A stretch of 64,000 bases of DNA from an uncultured virus (IMG/VR IMGVR_UViG_2675903202_000003) (Duplodnaviria > Heunggongvirae > Uroviricota > Caudoviricetes), in IMG/VR virus record IMGVR_UViG_2675903202_000003, positions 1-64,000 of that record, one strand, 5' to 3'. The translations under genes were made by a program, and so were the position numbers. Below the pieces are notes generated by a model, which was not told where the DNA came from, ran no database searches, and worked only from the letters and a program-made list of their open reading frames with translations. Shown piece after piece: positions 58,813 through 64,000 of the stretch (within the stretch, counting starts at the first letter, position 1; each line of letters opens with the position of its first letter).

Positions 58813-59699
58813 GCGTCCCGTGCTGCGGACAGGGCTCGGCGCACGCCCTCGGCGAGGGTGACGCGCGGCTTGTAGACCTCGCGGCAGCGGGCCGGGTCAC
58901 CGACCCGGTACGCCACCCCGGCGGGCTTGCCGGTGAGGAACTCGAACCGCGGGTCGTAGCCGGCCTCGGCGCAGAACATCGCCGCGAGTTCGGCCATGGA
59001 CACGCCAACGCCAGTGCAGAGGTTCAGTGGACCGTCCACGTCCGCATCGACTGCGGCCAGGGTTGCGCCCACCACGTCGTCCACGTGTACCCAATCGCGG
59101 ACCTGGGTGCCGTCGCCCCACACGACGAACGGGTCCTCGCGGCGCATCGCGCGGTCGCGGAACGCCCCGAACGGGAAGTCCGCGGTCTGGTCTTCGCCGT
59201 AGCCGGAGAACGGGCGCACCACCGTTATGGCGCCGCCCTGTGCGCGGTAGGCGTTCGCGAGGCGCTCCCCCGTCAGCTTCAGCCAACCGTAGATGGCGTC
59301 CGGGGTGCCGACGTTCAGCCGGTCGAAGCGGATGTCGTCCTCTCGCAGATTCCGCGGGAAGGCGTGGTCGTTCTGAAGGTCGACGGGGTACGCGGCGGAG
59401 CTGGAGAAGTACACGACCCGCTTCGGGCGGACGTGCGCGGCCCACTCGAACATGGTCGCGTCAAGGCGGAGGTTCCCGGCGCCGACTGTCAGGGCATGGT
59501 TGTCGATCGCAGTGCGGTGCGGGTCGACCGCGGCGCAGTGGATGACGAGGTCCCATGCGTTGCGGTCGGTGCGGAAGAAGTCGAACGCGTTCCACTTGCC
59601 GACCTCGATGCCGAGGACGCGGTGGCCCTGCTCGACGAGCGCGGCGGTGAAGTGGCGGCCGAGGAACCCGCCCGCTCCGGTGACGACGACGTCCATCAT
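58809..59699 (-). CDS. NAD-dependent sugar epimerase/dehydratase (SDR)
   Basis: TGAGGFLG, SSSAAY, YGWLK, WGDGTQVRDWVHVDD. Confidence 0.93.
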   Translation of the reverse strand: MMDVVVTGAGGFLGRHFTAALVEQGHRVLGIEVGKWNAFDFFRTDRNAWDLVIHCAAVDPHRTAIDNHALTVGAGNLRLDATMFEWAAHVRPKRVVYFSSSAAYPVDLQNDHAFPRNLREDDIRFDRLNVGTPDAIYGWLKLTGERLANAYRAQGGAITVVRPFSGYGEDQTADFPFGAFRDRAMRREDPFVVWGDGTQVRDWVHVDDVVGATLAAVDADVDGPLNLCTGVGVSMAELAAMFCAEAGYDPRFEFLTGKPAGVAYRVGDPARCREVYKPRVTLAEGVRRALSAARDA

Positions 59700-60262
59700 C
59701 GGGCGGCCCAGATACCGAACTGGTAGTAGCGGCCTGCGGGGCGGGGGTCGACGGCCATGAACACCTCCACGGTGAACCCGGCGGCGGTGAGCATGTGCTC
59801 GACGTCGGTGCGGGCCCAGGACCAGTAGTGCTCAGGGTTGGCGTCGTGGCCCGCGTCGATGGGGGTGGACAGCACCAGCCGGCCGGTCTTCGCTCGGATC
59901 TGCTTCAGGACGGTGTCGGGGTCGTCTAGGTGCTCGAGCGTCTCGGAGCAGATGAACAGGTCCACGTCCGGGATCTGCTCGACCGTGGCCTCGATGGGGC
60001 CGGTGTAGGCGTAGCCGGGTGCGTAGTCGCCCAGGACGAGACCGTCGGCGCCGGTGCCGAGAGAGCGAGCGATCGCGGCGTCACCGCACGAGAGGTCCGC
60101 GACGGTGTGGACGTCCTCGACGCTGGTGAACCAGCGGCAAGCTTCGATGGTGGCGCCGACGCGGAGGCGGTGGTCGTCCCAGCGGGTGTGGTCGTGCGGT
60201 GCCGCGTAGATGCGGGCGAGCTCGTCCGGCGTGTAGGCGGGGCGGAGGCGTCGGCGGGTCAC
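59696..60262 (-). CDS. class I SAM-dependent methyltransferase
   Basis: VADLSCGD, DLFICSETLEHLDDP, LSTP, EHYWSW. Confidence 0.88.
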   Translation of the reverse strand: MTRRRLRPAYTPDELARIYAAPHDHTRWDDHRLRVGATIEACRWFTSVEDVHTVADLSCGDAAIARSLGTGADGLVLGDYAPGYAYTGPIEATVEQIPDVDLFICSETLEHLDDPDTVLKQIRAKTGRLVLSTPIDAGHDANPEHYWSWARTDVEHMLTAAGFTVEVFMAVDPRPAGRYYQFGIWAAR

Positions 60263-60951
60263 GCGGCCTGCTCGATCAGCGCGCGGAGTTTCGCGACGTC
60301 GGTGGCGCGCTGGCTCTCATACCAGTGGGCGTACACCTCGCGGTCCTTTTGCGCAGCGGTGTCGCTGTTGACCTCGCGGTACCCGGCGTCGTAGTTGACT
60401 TTCCCGGCGAGGGGGTGCATGTGTTCCACGACCACGTCGGGCAGGTAGCGGATGCGGTCGATGGCGTGCCCGAGGTCCCACCACTGGTTGTCCGCCCAGA
60501 GGTGCTTCACCAGGGCGGGCACCATGGCGCCGAGTGCCTGGACGATGTCGGACGTCATCGCGATCTGTGTCGGGAGCCGTTCCCCGGCGAGGAGGTCGTT
60601 GCCGTACACGAACCCGGTGCCGAGGGTGCGGAGCGCGGCGAGGTAGTGGGCGCTCCACCCGAGGGTCCGCGGGCGGTGGTCGTCGCCCATGAAGCCTAGG
60701 GCGAAGTGGTGCGGTGCCCGCTCGATTGCCACGGCGTTGAGGGTGGGGACCATGCGGAGTCGCGGCCCGACCGTTAGTTCGATGCCCCGGTCGCGGCACA
60801 CGGTCCGGTATTCCGGAAGGGTCGGGTCGTCGTCGTCCGCGGCGACGAGCAGAGCAGCAGCGCCGGTGCTCGTCTCTTCCCACGCGTCGTGGAGCGCGGC
60901 GATGTTCTGGGGTCGGCCGCGGGACGGGACGATGATGAGGAGGTCGCGCAT
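60259..60951 (-). CDS. GT2 glycosyltransferase
   Basis: VPSRGRP, DDDDP, FMGDDH, HLWADN, EHMHP. Confidence 0.88.
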   Translation of the reverse strand: MRDLLIIVPSRGRPQNIAALHDAWEETSTGAAALLVAADDDDPTLPEYRTVCRDRGIELTVGPRLRMVPTLNAVAIERAPHHFALGFMGDDHRPRTLGWSAHYLAALRTLGTGFVYGNDLLAGERLPTQIAMTSDIVQALGAMVPALVKHLWADNQWWDLGHAIDRIRYLPDVVVEHMHPLAGKVNYDAGYREVNSDTAAQKDREVYAHWYESQRATDVAKLRALIEQAA

Positions 60952-61235
60952 CAGGTGACCTCCAGCAGCCCGGACCGGATCACCGGGATCTCGGGGTTGG
61001 CGGTGACGCGTACCCAGACTCGGTAGGTGCCGTCCTCCAGCTCAAGCGTTCCGCCAGGGCCGATGAGGAGTTTCGCGGTGGTGCCGTCCCACTCATCTGC
61101 GGGTCGCCAGTCGGCTTCGGCTGGTTCTTCGGTGCTGGCGTTGATCACAGCGATCTCCACAGGTGTGGACACCGACCCGCCCGTTACGGGGATGTGGAGG
61201 TACTCCTTCGAGACCGAGGGGATCGTCAGCACCAC
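60951..61235 (-). CDS. small Ig/BppU-like virion adaptor protein
   Basis: LLIGPGG...GTYRVWVRVTANPEIPV..SG.L.V. Confidence 0.7.
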   Translation of the reverse strand: MVLTIPSVSKEYLHIPVTGGSVSTPVEIAVINASTEEPAEADWRPADEWDGTTAKLLIGPGGTLELEDGTYRVWVRVTANPEIPVIRSGLLEVT

Positions 61236-61242
61236 TCCCCCT

Positions 61243-62826
61243 TCACTTCCAGAGCGTCCCCGTGGCCCAACCTTGCGTGGGTGCCCCAGTACCCCACGTG
61301 GATGGCGCCACGGTGGCGGACCACCCGCGGGTGGGAACGCCGACGGTGACGGTGATGTCCTGCCCGGTGCCGGTCGTCACCAGAGGGGCCGGGAACGACG
61401 CTGCCGCCCCGATCGAGGCAGGGCGAGCCGTCAGGGCCGTGGCGAGTGCCGGGGCGGGGAGCACCGCAGTTGCGGTGACCGCAGCGGGTTGCACGGTCGT
61501 GTGTTCCGCCGCCGACGGGGCCGGGACGGTTGATGCAGCGGAGAGGAGGGCTGGTACTGCCGCCGCGCTGGTGGACAGTGCCGGGGCCGGAACCGCGACA
61601 GCAGCAGCAACGACCGTCGGGGACACTCCGCTGCCAGCCGAGTTCCCTGCCGCGGGGAAGGCTGCTTCGGCCTGGACGGCGGCGGGCGTCGCCGATGCGC
61701 CCGCGGTCAAGGTGGGTGCTGGCACGACGGCTTGGGCTGCCACGCTGCCCGGCGAAGCGCTGCTCGAAGCGGCCGGCGCGGCGGTCGGGATCAGAGCCGA
61801 GGCGGTGAGGACCGTCGGCTCCGCGGTCGTATTGCCGTCAGCTGCCACCGACGGAGTCGGCATGGACGAGGCGACAGTCACCGTCGCGGGGGAAGCGGTC
61901 GACGAAGCGGACGCGATCGGTTCCGGAACCGCTGCCGACGTCGTCACCACTGCCGGGGCCACGTCCGCTGAGCCCGTCACCGAGACTGCCGGGGCGGGAA
62001 CCGTCGCGGCGCCAGCGACAGGAACGGGCAAAGCCGTGCTGCCTGCGGACAGGACCGGGGAGGGCATGGACGACGCCGCGTGCACGGTGCCGGGCGACGT
62101 GTTCGAGCCCGCCCCCACGACGGGTGCGGGGACCGTGCCGACCGCGGCGAGGGGCGACGGTGTGGCCGTGGCGTCTCCGCCTGTGGCTTGCGGCGGCTGG
62201 ACAGCGATGGTGAACACGACCGCGTTGCGGGAGCCGGCCAGCGTCACCGTGAGGGTGCCTGTCGCCCCCGTGGTCGTCTGTGCGCCGGTCGCGAGCGCGG
62301 ATGTGCTGTCGGTGCCGCCGTTCGACTGGACCTCGACGCGTTTCGTCAGCGTCGCCGGGTTCGAGGCCGTGAACGTGCTCGCTCCGGTGTTGTCTCCGAT
62401 CCCGACGCCACCGATGATCAGGCATTCGGTGACCTCGGTGGTGACGCCGCTGTCGGTCGGGGCGCTGCTGTCCGGCGTTGCCGTCGCGTGCGCCTTGTGC
62501 GTCGGGGTGGTCGTGTCCGCGCCGCTGATCGCGATCATGGACCCGGCGCAGGAGTCGGTGAAGCCGTCCCACGTGTACGAAGCGGGTTCGGTTCCGGCGT
62601 TGGCGACGACGTGTTCGTAGACGCCGGCCCAGCCGGTGCCGATGACCGCGCCGATCGTCAGCGCCCACCCGGTAGGGACGGTGCTTGGCGGGGTGGTGGC
62701 GGATCCGTTGACGACGAGTGCGTACAGGACGTCGCCGTTCACGAGCCCAGATGGGCGGCCGACTGTGGTGAACGTGGTCGAGTTGGTCGGGCCGATACCC
62801 GACGACCGGTAGGCGGGCGCGGCCAC
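61243..62826 (-). CDS. putative virion fibre: N-terminal beta domain + ~12 Ala/Pro/Ser/Thr-rich 22-23 aa repeats
   Basis: Repeat pattern xxTxxPAxVxAxAxVPAPxVxA visible; N-domain resembles the 32429-33492 tail protein. Confidence 0.75.
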   Translation of the reverse strand: MAAPAYRSSGIGPTNSTTFTTVGRPSGLVNGDVLYALVVNGSATTPPSTVPTGWALTIGAVIGTGWAGVYEHVVANAGTEPASYTWDGFTDSCAGSMIAISGADTTTPTHKAHATATPDSSAPTDSGVTTEVTECLIIGGVGIGDNTGASTFTASNPATLTKRVEVQSNGGTDSTSALATGAQTTTGATGTLTVTLAGSRNAVVFTIAVQPPQATGGDATATPSPLAAVGTVPAPVVGAGSNTSPGTVHAASSMPSPVLSAGSTALPVPVAGAATVPAPAVSVTGSADVAPAVVTTSAAVPEPIASASSTASPATVTVASSMPTPSVAADGNTTAEPTVLTASALIPTAAPAASSSASPGSVAAQAVVPAPTLTAGASATPAAVQAEAAFPAAGNSAGSGVSPTVVAAAVAVPAPALSTSAAAVPALLSAASTVPAPSAAEHTTVQPAAVTATAVLPAPALATALTARPASIGAAASFPAPLVTTGTGQDITVTVGVPTRGWSATVAPSTWGTGAPTQGWATGTLWK

Positions 62827-62832
62827 CGGAGC

Positions 62833-63219
62833 CTACTCCCGCAGCTGCAGTTGGATCTCGCCGCCCGCGAGCAGCGAACCCTCACCGGACGCGGTCAGGT
62901 ACTCGTCGCCGTAGTACGGCGAGTCGAAAGCGAACACCAGGCCGAGCGCCGACACGTCGAAGTCGGTCAGCGCGTCCGCGGCGGCGGTCAGCGGGCCGTA
63001 GACGACGTTGCCGAGCCCGGTGGGGTCTTCCCAGTCGGCCGGGCGTTCCGGGTCCGTCACGCTGAACTGGCGGATGAGGATGAAGCCGCCGTCGGTGGGC
63101 CAGTTGTTGTCGACGTGGACGGTCGACACCGCGTTGCCGTTGGACGGGTCGTACGTCGCGTTCAGCTCACTCGCGATGATGTCGGAGTTGTGGGAGTAGT
63201 ACGTGAACGTCAGCGCCAT
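62833..63219 (-). CDS. hypothetical acidic protein (virion module)
   Basis: GGGAG RBS; coupled in the module. Confidence 0.65.
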   Translation of the reverse strand: MALTFTYYSHNSDIIASELNATYDPSNGNAVSTVHVDNNWPTDGGFILIRQFSVTDPERPADWEDPTGLGNVVYGPLTAAADALTDFDVSALGLVFAFDSPYYGDEYLTASGEGSLLAGGEIQLQLRE

Positions 63220-63232
63220 GGGTCGTCTCCCC

Positions 63233-63682
63233 TCACGGGACCAGGTCGAGCGTGAACACGCCCGCGGCGTTCCACTGGACGGCCAGAGTGCCGTTGGAGG
63301 TGCTGTAGTCGGCACCGAAGTCCACCAGGCAGATCACGCTGTTGCTGGCGAGGCCGTCGGCGTACAGCAGTGCGCACCGGGCGCCGGTGATCGTCGACGT
63401 GGGCCAGGAGGTGTCGGCCTGGTCGTAGGTGATGACGCCAGACGCGCCCGTCAACGTCGGGGACGCCACTGCGGCGCCGCCCGCGGTGTAGCCCGCGCCG
63501 GACACTTCGTTGGTGTCGTACGGGGCCACGCCGTAGGCGGTGTCGGTGGTGAAGTTCGGGGTGATCAAGTTGGTGAACAGCGCCCACTTGTTTCCCGTGG
63601 AGCTGAGGTCGACGGCGAGCTGGGTCGCGTCGAACACGTCGATGAACGTCGCGACGAACAGGCCGGATCCGGAGACCGCCAT
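63233..63682 (-). CDS. small virion decoration/fibre-associated protein
   Basis: K.AL.T...EVSGAGYTAGG...D.ADTSW...I.GAR...LY...DFG..S.NGT...W...G.F. Confidence 0.75.
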   Translation of the reverse strand: MAVSGSGLFVATFIDVFDATQLAVDLSSTGNKWALFTNLITPNFTTDTAYGVAPYDTNEVSGAGYTAGGAAVASPTLTGASGVITYDQADTSWPTSTITGARCALLYADGLASNSVICLVDFGADYSTSNGTLAVQWNAAGVFTLDLVP

Positions 63683-63683
63683 G

Positions 63684-63944
63684 TCAGCCTGCCTTCCCGA
63701 CCTTGGGGGCACCGATGGTGACCGAACCGGGCTCGCCGGAGGCGACCATCACGCCGGAGCCGCGGGCCTCCACGCGGGCGGCTCTGAGGTTCTCGGACGC
63801 CTTGGTGTACGCGTTCTTGGTCTCTTCGCTGGGGGCGGCGCGGTAGGCGGCGAGGGCTTCGTCGAGGGCGACTTCCAGGGCGCCCATGGCCTCGTGTTGG
63901 TCGGCGAGGGTCCGCAGTTGCGCGGCCCGTTCTGACGCGTTCAC
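63684..63944 (-). CDS. hypothetical protein
   Basis: GGAGGAG RBS; helical. Confidence 0.65.
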   Translation of the reverse strand: MNASERAAQLRTLADQHEAMGALEVALDEALAAYRAAPSEETKNAYTKASENLRAARVEARGSGVMVASGEPGSVTIGAPKVGKAG

Positions 63945-64000
63945 CGCTCCTCCAACGTGGTTGACACCTGCCGCAGGTGCGGCGCGTTGATCGTGACGTC

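Larger units (their letters stand above)
1..64000. mobile_element. Temperate siphovirus / putative conjugative phage-plasmid of a high-GC actinomycete (ends not in window)
   Basis: Complete terminase-portal-capsid-tail-lysis set plus TraB-like FtsK, Cre-like recombinase and TA modules; no host housekeeping genes. Confidence 0.85.

Noticed and set aside
58114-60951. DNA hypermodification cluster
   Set aside because: No base hydroxymethylase or nucleotide-modifying enzyme nearby and the genes are coupled to virion-like genes; not fully excluded

Overview
This window is a high-GC actinomycete temperate siphovirus, most likely a conjugative phage-plasmid in circular or prophage form. No host housekeeping genes are visible. 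The first ~29 kb (mostly + strand) is an early/accessory region. It holds a Panacea (DUF4065) toxin-antitoxin pair, a non-coding iteron-like repeat locus, two XRE-DUF5753/DUF397 regulatory loci, WhiB, an Spd-like/TraB(FtsK) transfer operon, two Nudix hydrolases, a PIN-domain moron, a Cre-like tyrosine recombinase with a candidate lox/res site, and a Ro60 (TROVE) gene preceded by two tandem Y RNAs, one a tRNA-mimicking YrlA. From 29 to 64 kb (- strand) is a late region: lysis, tail (including a GH26-like hydrolase and a CHAP-bearing tape measure), head, portal, terminase and HNH. Upstream of these sits an unusual module of a repeat-rich fibre protein, glycosyltransferases, an epimerase and a methyltransferase, suggesting a glycosylated virion appendage. 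Many genes carry single-base deletions that look like assembly errors. All family assignments come from motif recognition by eye; no searches were run.
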